Positions 28,840 through 39,328 of a stretch of 39,612 nucleotides of DNA are shown here, piece after piece. Numbering within the stretch: position 1 is the stretch's first letter; each line of letters starts with the position of its first letter. Made by a program: the position numbers and the translations under genes. The stretch spans positions 75,160-114,771 of the forward strand of contig JAYEOM010000001.1 of NCBI GenBank assembly GCA_034722955.1, read 5' to 3'. The notes below the pieces were generated by a model, which saw only the letters and a program-made list of their open reading frames with translations, did no database searches and was not told where the DNA came from. The DNA comes from Campylobacterota bacterium (lineage in GTDB: Bacteria > Campylobacterota > Campylobacteria > Campylobacterales > Sulfurovaceae).

Positions 28840-30864
28840 ATGAGTGTAGATAGTAATACATCAGACCTTATAAATATCTTAACAAAATCTATGGATCAAG
28901 TCTCTAAATGCTCTAACAATAGCGATATTAATGCTATTATTAGAAGACTGTTGATTGATTTTACAAATTCTGAATTTGCAACATATTTACTATATGACAA
29001 AGAGGAGCAACTCCTATATACAGATAAAAGTGATAAAAATATACAGATAGACATGAGTGATGCAAAGGGTCTACTAGGCAATGCATTCTTGGCAAAAAAA
29101 TCTTCTGTTTACAATCACATAGCTAGTGAAAAATATTATATTCCTGAAATTGATAATCCCAGCAATAGCCGCATCAAAGCTCAGATGATTATTCCTATCA
29201 CATCAGATGACAATCTTATAGGTATAGTTCGTGTCTCTCGTACAGTACGCTATCCTAAGAACTACACTAAACATGATATGGAACTTATACAATCATTGAG
29301 TAGTTTTTTGATTAAAGTTTCCAACATATTGAGCTCTAATGGTAAAAATCATTATGAACTAACAGCTGACGACTCTAAGATAAATGAAGAGATTATTAAG
29401 ATAGAAGAGAAGCACAATGAACCCAAAAATTGTGATGAGCTGATGCTCTTTTTTTCTAATACTGTGCATGATATTAGAACTCCTGCAAATACACTTTATG
29501 GTTTTTTGGAGCTTATAGAGGATAAGGTAGAGGATAAAAGACTCAAAAGCTTTATAGGCAATGCTAAAGAGAGTGCCATATTTATCAATGATATGACAAG
29601 CTCTCTGCTTGAGAGAGCAAAAGATGAGCATCAAAGCGTAGGCTCTAGCCTCAAGGAGGTAAGCAGTATCAAGTTTTTTGCACAAATTGCTGATGGTTTC
29701 TCTGCAAATATGTTCAATAAAGATATTGAATACCTTATATATATAGATCCCTCAATCCCCAAAAAGATCTCCATAGAAGCTCTAAAACTCAAACGAGTTA
29801 TTATGAATCTAATAGGAAATGCCTATAAATTCACACCAAAAGATAAGCAGATACATCTCTCTGTTACTTATGCTAATTCCAAAATCAAAATATCGATCAA
29901 AGATCAAGGCATAGGTATAGATGAGAGTCGTCAAAAAGCTATATTTGAGGCATTCAAGCAAGCTGAAGATGATACTAGTGACAAGTTTGGAGGTACGGGA
30001 CTAGGCTTATCTATATCTGCTCAGTATGTAAATGATTTGGGAGGTAAGCTGCTGCTAGATAGTGCTATTGATAAGGGGAGTGAATTTTACTTTGAAATAC
30101 CTATCGAGATAGTAGATGCAGAGGTATCTCAAAAACCTTTTAAGGTAAGACAAAAAATCATAACTCTTCTAACTGACAAGAAAGATAGTGCTGATGCAGT
30201 AATGATTGTAAAGTATTTGACTACATTAGGTATAGCAAAAGAGAACATTATTATCAGCAGTACTTTCTGTGTGGATACAACACATCTTATCTGCTTCCAA
30301 CATAAGTTTGATGAAGGTATATTGGATATAGCTAAAGATAAAAATATAGAGATTATTATTGTCGAGGAGTCTCTTTTTGCATTAGAGGGTATTGAGATAT
30401 TTAAAGACATTACAGTTATTTCACAAAACAGTTATTATGGTGATGTCATACATCATACAGTATTAACAGAAAAAATAATTAAAGCACTTGTAGTAGATGA
30501 TAACAGTATCAATATTCATCTTATCCAAGCTATATTAGAAGATGAATATTGTGAGACTTCAGCAGCTAGCAGTGGAGAAGAAGCACTTAATAAATTTAGA
30601 GAAGCTTATATAAGTGGTAACTCATTTGATATGATATTTTTAGACAAACACCTGCCAGGACTTTCAGGAACTGATGTTATAAAGAGTATTAGAGCTATAG
30701 AGGGTAATCAAAACTCTCACATCTATGCTATATCTATCACAGGAGACCCACACCAAACTGATGCAGAAAAAGACCTCTTTGATCTATTGGTGACAAAGCC
30801 TTTCAAGACAAGTGAAATGAAAGAGGCATTTCATAAAGCCGTATTGAAGCAACGAGGGGCATAA
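28840..30864 (+). CDS. cytoplasmic hybrid sensor histidine kinase (GAF-HisKA-HATPase-REC)
   Basis: N-terminal GAF-like region, H-box VHDIRTP, N-box NLIGNAYKFT, DQGIGI, GGTGLGL, and C-terminal receiver VVDDNSIN..FLDKHLPGLSG..KPF. No TM segment. Confidence 0.92.
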   Translation: MSVDSNTSDLINILTKSMDQVSKCSNNSDINAIIRRLLIDFTNSEFATYLLYDKEEQLLYTDKSDKNIQIDMSDAKGLLGNAFLAKKSSVYNHIASEKYYIPEIDNPSNSRIKAQMIIPITSDDNLIGIVRVSRTVRYPKNYTKHDMELIQSLSSFLIKVSNILSSNGKNHYELTADDSKINEEIIKIEEKHNEPKNCDELMLFFSNTVHDIRTPANTLYGFLELIEDKVEDKRLKSFIGNAKESAIFINDMTSSLLERAKDEHQSVGSSLKEVSSIKFFAQIADGFSANMFNKDIEYLIYIDPSIPKKISIEALKLKRVIMNLIGNAYKFTPKDKQIHLSVTYANSKIKISIKDQGIGIDESRQKAIFEAFKQAEDDTSDKFGGTGLGLSISAQYVNDLGGKLLLDSAIDKGSEFYFEIPIEIVDAEVSQKPFKVRQKIITLLTDKKDSADAVMIVKYLTTLGIAKENIIISSTFCVDTTHLICFQHKFDEGILDIAKDKNIEIIIVEESLFALEGIEIFKDITVISQNSYYGDVIHHTVLTEKIIKALVVDDNSINIHLIQAILEDEYCETSAASSGEEALNKFREAYISGNSFDMIFLDKHLPGLSGTDVIKSIRAIEGNQNSHIYAISITGDPHQTDAEKDLFDLLVTKPFKTSEMKEAFHKAVLKQRGA

Positions 30865-30958
30865 GGCTATTTGGGTATATTTGTTTTTGTACAACTCCTA
30901 ACTAAAAATATTTTCAAAAACAAGATATAATACCGCCAATAGACAACATGGAGCGAAG

Positions 30959-31696
30959 ATGGACAAGAGTGCAGAGCAGAGAAGAGAAGAGAAGCAAGAT
31001 AAGATCGTAGATATGTTTGATGATATAGCATCGACTTATGATTTGGCAAATAGGGTGCTGAGCATGGGGATAGATAAGCAGTGGCGTAAAAAAGGGTGCC
31101 ATAGAGCCTATGATATTTTAGATAGTAAAAAGTTGATGCAGATTACTGATGTGGCTACTGGGACGGGGGATCTACTGATCTACTGGAGAGATATTGCGGC
31201 TAGTCGTGGGATAGAGGTGGAGAAGTTTGTGGGTGTTGATCCATCGGTAGGGATGCTTGAGGTTGCCAAAAGCAAGGTGGATTTTTCAGAGTTTATTGAG
31301 GGTAAGGCACAAGAGCTTCCTATAGAGGATGAGAGTACAGATATCATCTCCATCTCCTATGGTATTCGTAATGTGGTCGATAGAGTTGAAGCGTTGCAGG
31401 AGTTTTATAGAGCATTAGTGCCTGGTGGGATCGTGGTAATACTGGAGTTTACCAAGCAAGATAGAGGTGGTGCCATTGACAGAGTAGTGGATTTTGGGAT
31501 GAAAAATATACTGCCTAGAGTGGGTGGTATCATCTCCAAAAATTATGAAGCTTATAAGTATCTGCCAGACTCTATAGAGGAGTTCCTCACTACTGAGATG
31601 TTGGCAAAGGAGCTTGAAGAGGCAGGATTTGAGATGAAATACACCAAGTCATTTTCGATGGGTATCTCTACACTTTTGGTTGCCCAGAAAAAGTAG
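30959..31696 (+). CDS. ubiE: demethylmenaquinone methyltransferase (UbiE/MenG)
   Basis: MFDDIASTYDLANRVLSMG, DVATGTGD, YGIRNV and AYKYLPDSI. TATAAT at 30926-30931. Confidence 0.95.
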   Translation: MDKSAEQRREEKQDKIVDMFDDIASTYDLANRVLSMGIDKQWRKKGCHRAYDILDSKKLMQITDVATGTGDLLIYWRDIAASRGIEVEKFVGVDPSVGMLEVAKSKVDFSEFIEGKAQELPIEDESTDIISISYGIRNVVDRVEALQEFYRALVPGGIVVILEFTKQDRGGAIDRVVDFGMKNILPRVGGIISKNYEAYKYLPDSIEEFLTTEMLAKELEEAGFEMKYTKSFSMGISTLLVAQKK

Positions 31697-31703
31697 TGAG
31701 TAG

Positions 31704-32966
31704 ATGATGAACTCCTCTATGATGAGTGTAAATTCTCTCAATATCAAGATCAAATCTCTGCTTGAAGCAACCTTTATGCATATCAAGGTTGAGGGGGAGA
31801 TAGCCTCTGTAACCTACCATCAGGCAAGTGGTCATATCTACTTCACTATCAAAGATGACAAGAGTGCTATTAAGTGTGTCATGTTCCGCTCCAATGCAAA
31901 AAAGTTAAAGTTTAGATTGGAAAAAGGTGAACATATAGTAGTGGAGGGTTCAGTGGGTGTATATACACCACGAGGTGAATATCAATTTTATGCTGTTTGG
32001 GTAGAGCCATTTGGGAGAGGGGCTTTAGCTCTTGCTTATGAACAGCTCAAAGAGCGACTCAAGCAGAAGGGCTATTTCGACAAAGAGAGCAAAAAGCCTA
32101 TCCCCAAATCCATCCAAACCATAGCACTAGTAACAGCAAAAGATAGTGCTGCACTGCATGATATGCTAAAGATCATCGAAAAACGATGGCCACTGGTCTC
32201 TGTAACGATCATAGATACGCTGGTACAAGGAGAGAGAGCTTCTGCTGAGATCGCAAGGGCATTGGTGTATGCTGATGGATTAGGTGTTGATGTGATCATC
32301 ACAGGACGAGGAGGAGGAGGTGCAGAGGATCTTTGGGCATTTAATGAAGAGGTGGTTGCAGATGCACTCTATCTACTCAAGACTCCTGTTGTGAGTGCCG
32401 TAGGTCATGAAGTAGATGTGCAGATTAGTGATTTTGTAGCAGATCTTCGTGCTCCGACACCTAGTGCAGCAATAGAGATGATCCTTCCAGACAAGCAAGA
32501 GCTTCTCTATACACTTGATGAACAGATAGAGCGTTTTGGAGAGGAGATAGAGCGGATTATTTTTCAGAAGAGTCAAACACTGCAGGAGAGAGACAGCTCT
32601 CTGCATAGACTCTCTATAGGTAGACGACTAGAGCAGTTTCTAAGTGAATTTATGCGTTTAGAGGATGAGTATCGCACTGTGATATCGTATCGTATGACAC
32701 ACTATCAAGCATCTATCCCTTATCTACTAGATAGCTTAAGACAGCAGATCACTTTTTCTCTGGAGAGAGATAGCCACAATATAGATACTGTAGAGCAGCT
32801 CTATCTATCAAACAATCCGCGTAATCGTGTCGCAGAGGGCTTGGCAAAAGTTTCCATAGAGGGGAAGATTGTTACTTTAGATACTATAGAACCGGAAAAT
32901 CTATTTATTATTGAAGATTCAGATACAAAAATTGAGGCACTCTGTAGAAGGAAAATTAAATTTTAG
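31704..32966 (+). CDS. xseA: exodeoxyribonuclease VII large subunit
   Basis: SGHIYFTIKD, GRGGG..EDLWAFNEE, SAVGHEVD and DLRAPTPSAA. Confidence 0.97.
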   Translation: MMNSSMMSVNSLNIKIKSLLEATFMHIKVEGEIASVTYHQASGHIYFTIKDDKSAIKCVMFRSNAKKLKFRLEKGEHIVVEGSVGVYTPRGEYQFYAVWVEPFGRGALALAYEQLKERLKQKGYFDKESKKPIPKSIQTIALVTAKDSAALHDMLKIIEKRWPLVSVTIIDTLVQGERASAEIARALVYADGLGVDVIITGRGGGGAEDLWAFNEEVVADALYLLKTPVVSAVGHEVDVQISDFVADLRAPTPSAAIEMILPDKQELLYTLDEQIERFGEEIERIIFQKSQTLQERDSSLHRLSIGRRLEQFLSEFMRLEDEYRTVISYRMTHYQASIPYLLDSLRQQITFSLERDSHNIDTVEQLYLSNNPRNRVAEGLAKVSIEGKIVTLDTIEPENLFIIEDSDTKIEALCRRKIKF

Positions 32967-33009
32967 GTATAATAGCTAATTCTGTCCATATTTTATCCTA
33001 GGAGTAGTG

Positions 33010-34815
33010 ATGTTCATCATCCCATCTGAACTTATACCTTTTATTATTTTCGCCATTATTTTTGTCATTTTTCTCATTCTGCGCTCTTTTTATAAAAAAA
33101 TAGTATACAAGGAGATAAAGCTAGTCGAGAAGGGTAAACCTGTAACCGAGATCAGAAAAAACTCTGAAACATATAAAGATGGTGTGATTGTTATCTCTAG
33201 TTCGGGTGAAGTGATCTACTCTACTAAATCAAGTGCAGATATATTAGGGATTAAGAAAAATTTTGACAAAAAAGAGTTGAGAGATGCTTTGGTTATAAAA
33301 CTTTCACAAGAGGAACCGGTAAGTATCTATGATCTGATCGCTAGATACAGTAATGAAATTCATCATCTGCATGAGTTTACACTGCGTGGCAAAGTGAAAC
33401 AGACTAAAGGTGAAATACCGGTCAAGATACTTATGGGGAGTATGAGCAATCAGGACTCCTCTTATGTTATAGGCATAAGTGACTTGCGTGACGAGTTAGA
33501 GTTTTGCGACTCTCTGCAAAAAGATCAACTCACTAATCTACCAAATCAAAATCGAGCGATATATGAGATAGGGACGATTATGAGCAAGATGCATTCGGAA
33601 AATAGGCATTTTGCTTTGATCTTGATCTCTGTCGATAATTTTACTGATATGAGAGCGATGCTGGGATATCAAAAGATAGATAGTCTCATAAGTAAGATCT
33701 CTGAACATCTGCAGGATATCACTAGGAGGATGGATAGCTCTATCTACCAAATGTTGCGCAACATTTTTCTCTTGATGGTTCCAGATATAGAGAGTGCTCA
33801 AGAGGCTCATGCCATGGCGAGACAGATAGAGGGTAAGTTTCAAGGTTTGCAAGAGTACACTAATGCTCAGATGCATTTGAGCTTCTCTACAGGCATAAGC
33901 CTGTTTCCTCAAAGCGGCAACAGTGTAGATCTCTTGCTAGATAGTGCATATAAAGCATTGGCAGAGGCAGAGGCTCAGGGTGGCGGTTATGTTATCATCG
34001 ATGAAGCAGGTACCCTCTCCAAGGATAAACAGTATGAAGTAGAGCTTTATAATGAGATGCATGATGCACTGAAAAACAGGGAGTTTGAACTATACTATCA
34101 GCCGCTTATAGATATGAGCAGTGATACTGTTTTGGGTGCAGAAGCACTGATCAGGTGGAATCATCCCAAGAGAGGTTTAGTCTCTCCTGTTATGTTCATA
34201 CCATTGGCAGAGAAGACAGGTTTTATTATTGAGCTGGGTAGATTTGTGATAGAGGAGGCGATCAAGCAGCAGAAACGATGGGAAGTTTTCAAGTTCAACC
34301 GACTCCAAGTATCTATCAATCTTACGCTTCGTGAGATAGAGTCAGGAGAAGTTGTTGATTTTATTGCAAAGACGCTAACAGAAAATCAAGTCTCACCAGG
34401 ACTTATCAAGTTTGAAGTTACAGAAAATATGGCAATGGTAAATGCTGAGACAACACAGCAGGAGTTTGAATCACTCAAGAAACTGGGAGTTCATCTCTCG
34501 CTAGATGACTTTGGGACAGGATACTCATCTTTTACCTATTTGAAAGATTTTCCTCTAGATACACTCAAGATAGACCAATCATTTGTAAGAGATATGACTA
34601 TAAATCCTCAAAATCAAAATATTGTTCGTGCTATGATTGGCATAGGGCATACTTTTGATCTACAGGTGACAGCTGAGGGGATTGAGGATAAAGAGACTTA
34701 TGATATGCTTAAAGAGTTTGGCTGTGATGTTGCTCAGGGCTACTATTTTTCAAAACCTGTACCAGTCTTTGAATTTCAACAATTTATACGCAATAAAAAT
34801 ACTAAAAAGAGTTAA
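33010..34815 (+). CDS. membrane-anchored degenerate-GGDEF/EAL protein, probable c-di-GMP phosphodiesterase
   Basis: N-terminal TM, PAS-like region, DQLTNLPN, and GGDEF site replaced (QMLRNIF). EAL motifs intact: EALIRW, SINL, FEVTE, DDFGTGYSS, KID, AEGIE and QGY. ATG 33010 follows AGGAG. Confidence 0.92.
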   Translation: MFIIPSELIPFIIFAIIFVIFLILRSFYKKIVYKEIKLVEKGKPVTEIRKNSETYKDGVIVISSSGEVIYSTKSSADILGIKKNFDKKELRDALVIKLSQEEPVSIYDLIARYSNEIHHLHEFTLRGKVKQTKGEIPVKILMGSMSNQDSSYVIGISDLRDELEFCDSLQKDQLTNLPNQNRAIYEIGTIMSKMHSENRHFALILISVDNFTDMRAMLGYQKIDSLISKISEHLQDITRRMDSSIYQMLRNIFLLMVPDIESAQEAHAMARQIEGKFQGLQEYTNAQMHLSFSTGISLFPQSGNSVDLLLDSAYKALAEAEAQGGGYVIIDEAGTLSKDKQYEVELYNEMHDALKNREFELYYQPLIDMSSDTVLGAEALIRWNHPKRGLVSPVMFIPLAEKTGFIIELGRFVIEEAIKQQKRWEVFKFNRLQVSINLTLREIESGEVVDFIAKTLTENQVSPGLIKFEVTENMAMVNAETTQQEFESLKKLGVHLSLDDFGTGYSSFTYLKDFPLDTLKIDQSFVRDMTINPQNQNIVRAMIGIGHTFDLQVTAEGIEDKETYDMLKEFGCDVAQGYYFSKPVPVFEFQQFIRNKNTKKS

Positions 34816-34827
34816 AGAGGAGACGGT

Positions 34828-36600
34828 ATGGATCTATTGACGATTATAGGGCTTTTGGCTGTGTTGGCAGCGGCTGTTCTGTTGATATGGATGAAGCGGT
34901 ATTATGCTGTAGAGACTGAGAGATTGAGAGAGGAGGTTAAACTTTTTAAGAATACCAATGAGTACCAACATGAATCGGTAGTTGTTTTTTCTGAAAATTT
35001 TACACTACTCTCAGCCAACAGAGCAGCAAGAAAACTGCTTCAGCTTGAACCATTTACAGTAGATATGACTCCGGAAAAGGAGATCTTCCTACAGGTTGGT
35101 CACTCTGATCAAATGTCACTTTTTGACATAATCAAAAAGCAGTCCGCAACCACAAAGGGAACTATCCGCCTAGATAAGGTATGGATGACTATAGGAGATA
35201 AAAAGAGTTATATAAATCTCTTTATTGATCACTCAAAATGGAATATGAAAAATTCTATTGTTTGTGTATTTCAAGATGAAAGCAGTGAGGCAAAAAAGGA
35301 GGTAGGGTCAGGACAATCCGGAGAGATCGATTTTCTTACAAATCTTCCTAGTCAATTTAAGGCCAACTCAGATATCAATCAACTGGTTGTTGGTGCTCAA
35401 AAAGATTCTAATCAATTAGCACTTTTAATTTTTGGTATTAAAGATTTTGATAAAATGAAGGCAACTTTTGGACTGGGGTATACCAACAACTTACTGAAGA
35501 AGTTTGCTGAATTTTTAAATGATTTAGACTATAAGGATACAAGCAGTTATCGTCTTGATTGCGACAACTTTCTCTTTATTATTAAAGATATAGAGAGAGA
35601 GGAGAAGGCTGTAGATAGAGCATTGGCAATCAACAAAAAGATTTCAATATTTTTTAAATTAAAAAATAAAAATATGAATGTATCATTTTCAACCGGTATT
35701 GTACTTTTCCCAGATCATGGCAGAAATGCGAGTAAACTTATAGATAGTGCTTATGCAGCACTCGAAGAGTCTAAGTTGAAAACCGATGGGCAGATCAAGA
35801 TTTATAACAAAAAGGCAAATCATATCAAAAAAGAAGAGAAGATCATGATTGATGAGATGAGAGAAGCCTTAGAGAGTGGAGACTTTGAAGTCTACTATCA
35901 ACCTATTATTGATCTTCGCAGTACAGATATATATGGAGCAGAGGCACTAGTCAGATGGAATCATCCAATACTTGGGATTTTAACACCAGATAAATTCATT
36001 GGCTTAGCAGAGCTGTCAGGATTGATTGTAGATATAGGAGAGTTTGTACTTAGCGAAGTCATTACCCAACAAAAACATTGGAGTCAATCTGGCTTTAATA
36101 ATATAGAGATTTCGATCAATATTTCAGCACGAGAACTCCTTGTTTATCAGCTAGGAGATAAGCTTGAACAGCTTTTTCTTGAGCATAAAGTAGATCCTAG
36201 TTTTTTCAATCTGGATATGTCAGAGAGTGATGCTATGGAGGATACTATCAAAACAGATTATGAATTTTCTATTTTGAAAAAGATGGGAGTTCATCTCTCT
36301 CTTGACCACTTTGGAGTCGGTGGCTCATCTATAGAACAGCTTCAGAAGTTACCGATTCATACACTTAAAGTTGACCGTTCTCTGCTTAAGGATATCGATA
36401 CAGACCCAAATCATCAGGAGACATTTAAAGCGATTGTTGTGTTAGCCCATGCACTAGGCATAGATGTTGTCGCTGAGGGGATAGAGAGAAATGAGCAGTA
36501 TGCAACTCTTCAAAAATTGGGTTGCGACCGTGCCCAAGGATATATCTTCTCCAGACCCGAACCAGCATCAGAGTTTCAAAAGTTATTAAAAAAGAGTTAA
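34828..36600 (+). CDS. membrane-anchored degenerate-GGDEF/altered-EAL protein
   Basis: Same architecture as the upstream gene. GGDEF site reads RLDCDNF. EALVRW is kept, but LDMSES replaces LEITE and DHFGVGGSS replaces DDFGTGYSS. Confidence 0.9.
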   Translation: MDLLTIIGLLAVLAAAVLLIWMKRYYAVETERLREEVKLFKNTNEYQHESVVVFSENFTLLSANRAARKLLQLEPFTVDMTPEKEIFLQVGHSDQMSLFDIIKKQSATTKGTIRLDKVWMTIGDKKSYINLFIDHSKWNMKNSIVCVFQDESSEAKKEVGSGQSGEIDFLTNLPSQFKANSDINQLVVGAQKDSNQLALLIFGIKDFDKMKATFGLGYTNNLLKKFAEFLNDLDYKDTSSYRLDCDNFLFIIKDIEREEKAVDRALAINKKISIFFKLKNKNMNVSFSTGIVLFPDHGRNASKLIDSAYAALEESKLKTDGQIKIYNKKANHIKKEEKIMIDEMREALESGDFEVYYQPIIDLRSTDIYGAEALVRWNHPILGILTPDKFIGLAELSGLIVDIGEFVLSEVITQQKHWSQSGFNNIEISINISARELLVYQLGDKLEQLFLEHKVDPSFFNLDMSESDAMEDTIKTDYEFSILKKMGVHLSLDHFGVGGSSIEQLQKLPIHTLKVDRSLLKDIDTDPNHQETFKAIVVLAHALGIDVVAEGIERNEQYATLQKLGCDRAQGYIFSRPEPASEFQKLLKKS

Positions 36601-36624
36601 TAAAATAAAGAACAGAGAATAGTA

Positions 36625-36646
36625 GTATCGCACAAGTGTGCGATAC
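36625..36646. terminator. intrinsic terminator hairpin between the convergent EAL gene and groEL
   Basis: GTATCGCAC-AAGT-GTGCGATAC is a perfect stem. A T-rich tract follows on the minus (groEL) strand. Confidence 0.75.
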
Positions 36647-36675
36647 CTGAGCAGCTTGTGTTATTCAAGCATAAC

Positions 36676-38331
<1,656 letters not shown>

Positions 38332-38368
38332 TTATAAAATCCTTTTTTTATTAGTTTTTTGTTTGAGT

Positions 38369-38635
38369 TTAGCTGATGATACCAAGGATATCATCACTGT
38401 TTATAATCAAAAATACTTTGCCATCTAGCGTAATCTCTGTGCCGGTATATTTTGCGAATACAACTTTATCACCTTCACTGATACCCTCTTCAGCTGCATC
38501 TGGTCCAACTGCCAATACTTTACCTGTCTGAGGCTTCTCTTTGGCATTGTCAGGGATGATGATGCCTGAAGCGGTTGTTGTGATCTCCTCTTCTCTCTCT
38601 ATCAATACTCTGTTTGCTAATGGTTTAAATCCCAT
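38369..38635 (-). CDS. groES: co-chaperonin GroES
   Basis: [24 protein letters not shown] and AKYTGTE. Confidence 0.99.
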   Translation of the reverse strand: MGFKPLANRVLIEREEEITTTASGIIIPDNAKEKPQTGKVLAVGPDAAEEGISEGDKVVFAKYTGTEITLDGKVFLIINSDDILGIIS

Positions 38636-38677
38636 TGTAATCTCCTTTTAATTGTTATTATCTTTTTTATGATGCGT

Positions 38678-38706
38678 ATTGTAATGATTTTTTTCTATTT
38701 TGTCAA
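38678..38706 (-). promoter_or_regulatory. sigma70 promoter of groES-groEL
   Basis: Minus-strand TTGACA (38706-38701), a 17-nt spacer, then TACAAT (38683-38678). Confidence 0.85.
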
Positions 38707-38732
38707 GAGTTTATCATAAATAATTCAATAAA

Positions 38733-38753
38733 ATTGAGTCAGATAGACTAAAC
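38733..38753. promoter_or_regulatory. HspR-associated inverted repeat (HAIR-like operator)
   Basis: ATTGAGT-CAGATAG-ACTAAAC matches the CTTGAGT-N7-ACTCAAG pattern, 26 bp upstream of the groES -35. HspR represses groESL in Helicobacter and Campylobacter. Confidence 0.75.
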
Positions 38754-38787
38754 TATAGTTATTCTAAGAGTCTTTTAGGTGAAACCT

Positions 38788-39115
38788 TAGGTAAATCCAA
38801 CGAAAAATAAACCCAAGCTGAAGCACCCCAAAGACCCCTGTAAAAACCTCCAAAAACAAGCTATAATGCCAAAAAACCACCATTCGAAATCAACACTACA
38901 CAATATAATGATTAATGTAGGTAATGATGCACTAGAGAATATATTTAGAGGGTTATAGCTATGCCAATAATTTAGAATTTAATAACTTATTGCTATAATA
39001 TTTTAGCTATAACTCTTGTACCTCTTCTATGGATGATTTTGTATTCATTTTTGAGTTATTTGTAGCCTGTATTTGGTTGATTAAGGTTTGTTTTAATTTT
39101 CGTTGGATTTACCTA
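38788..39115. mobile_element. 328-bp non-autonomous IS derivative / MITE
   Basis: 24-bp terminal inverted repeats at 38788-38811 (TAGGTAAATCCAACGAAAAATAAA) and 39092-39115 (23/24 identical). Flanked by GTGAAACCT (38779-38787) and GTGAAAAAT (39116-39124). No full transposase. Confidence 0.82.
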
Positions 39116-39143
39116 GTGAAAAATAAATTTTTAGCTTTTACTA

Positions 39144-39172
39144 TTGACAATAAAGTTATCTTCTGGTATAAT
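39144..39172 (+). promoter_or_regulatory. consensus sigma70 promoter of tRNA-Met
   Basis: TTGACA (39144-39149), 17 nt, then TATAAT (39167-39172) with an extended TG. Confidence 0.88.
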
Positions 39173-39189
39173 GCCGTCTCTTCAAAAGT

Positions 39190-39266
39190 GGCAAGGTAGC
39201 TCAGCAGGTTAGAGCGCTGGTCTCATAAGCCGGAGGTCGCGAGTTCAAGTCTCGCTCTTGCTACCA
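39190..39266 (+). tRNA. tRNA-Met (CAT), elongator type
   Basis: Acceptor GGCAAGG/TCTTGCT, D arm GCTC..GAGC, anticodon arm CTGGT-CTCATAA-GCCGG (CAT at 39224-39226), T loop TTCAAGT and encoded CCA. Lacks initiator hallmarks. tRNA-Ile2 is not strictly excluded. Confidence 0.93.
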
Positions 39267-39328
39267 CTTATAATCCCCTATATTACACACCTAAAACTAT
39301 TTTCAACGATCTTGCTTTTACTCTATTT

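Noticed and set aside
32967..33009. Possible c-di-GMP riboswitch ahead of the EAL pair, and a SAM riboswitch ahead of metK
   Set aside because: The gap holds only a -10 box and RBS with no riboswitch-sized structure. metK overlaps dxs and has no leader.
39029..39199. Hydrophobic ~56-aa plus-strand ORF (MDDFVFIFELFV...) starting inside the MITE
   Set aside because: It runs through the TIR, the tRNA promoter and into the tRNA, and has no RBS. Probably chance.
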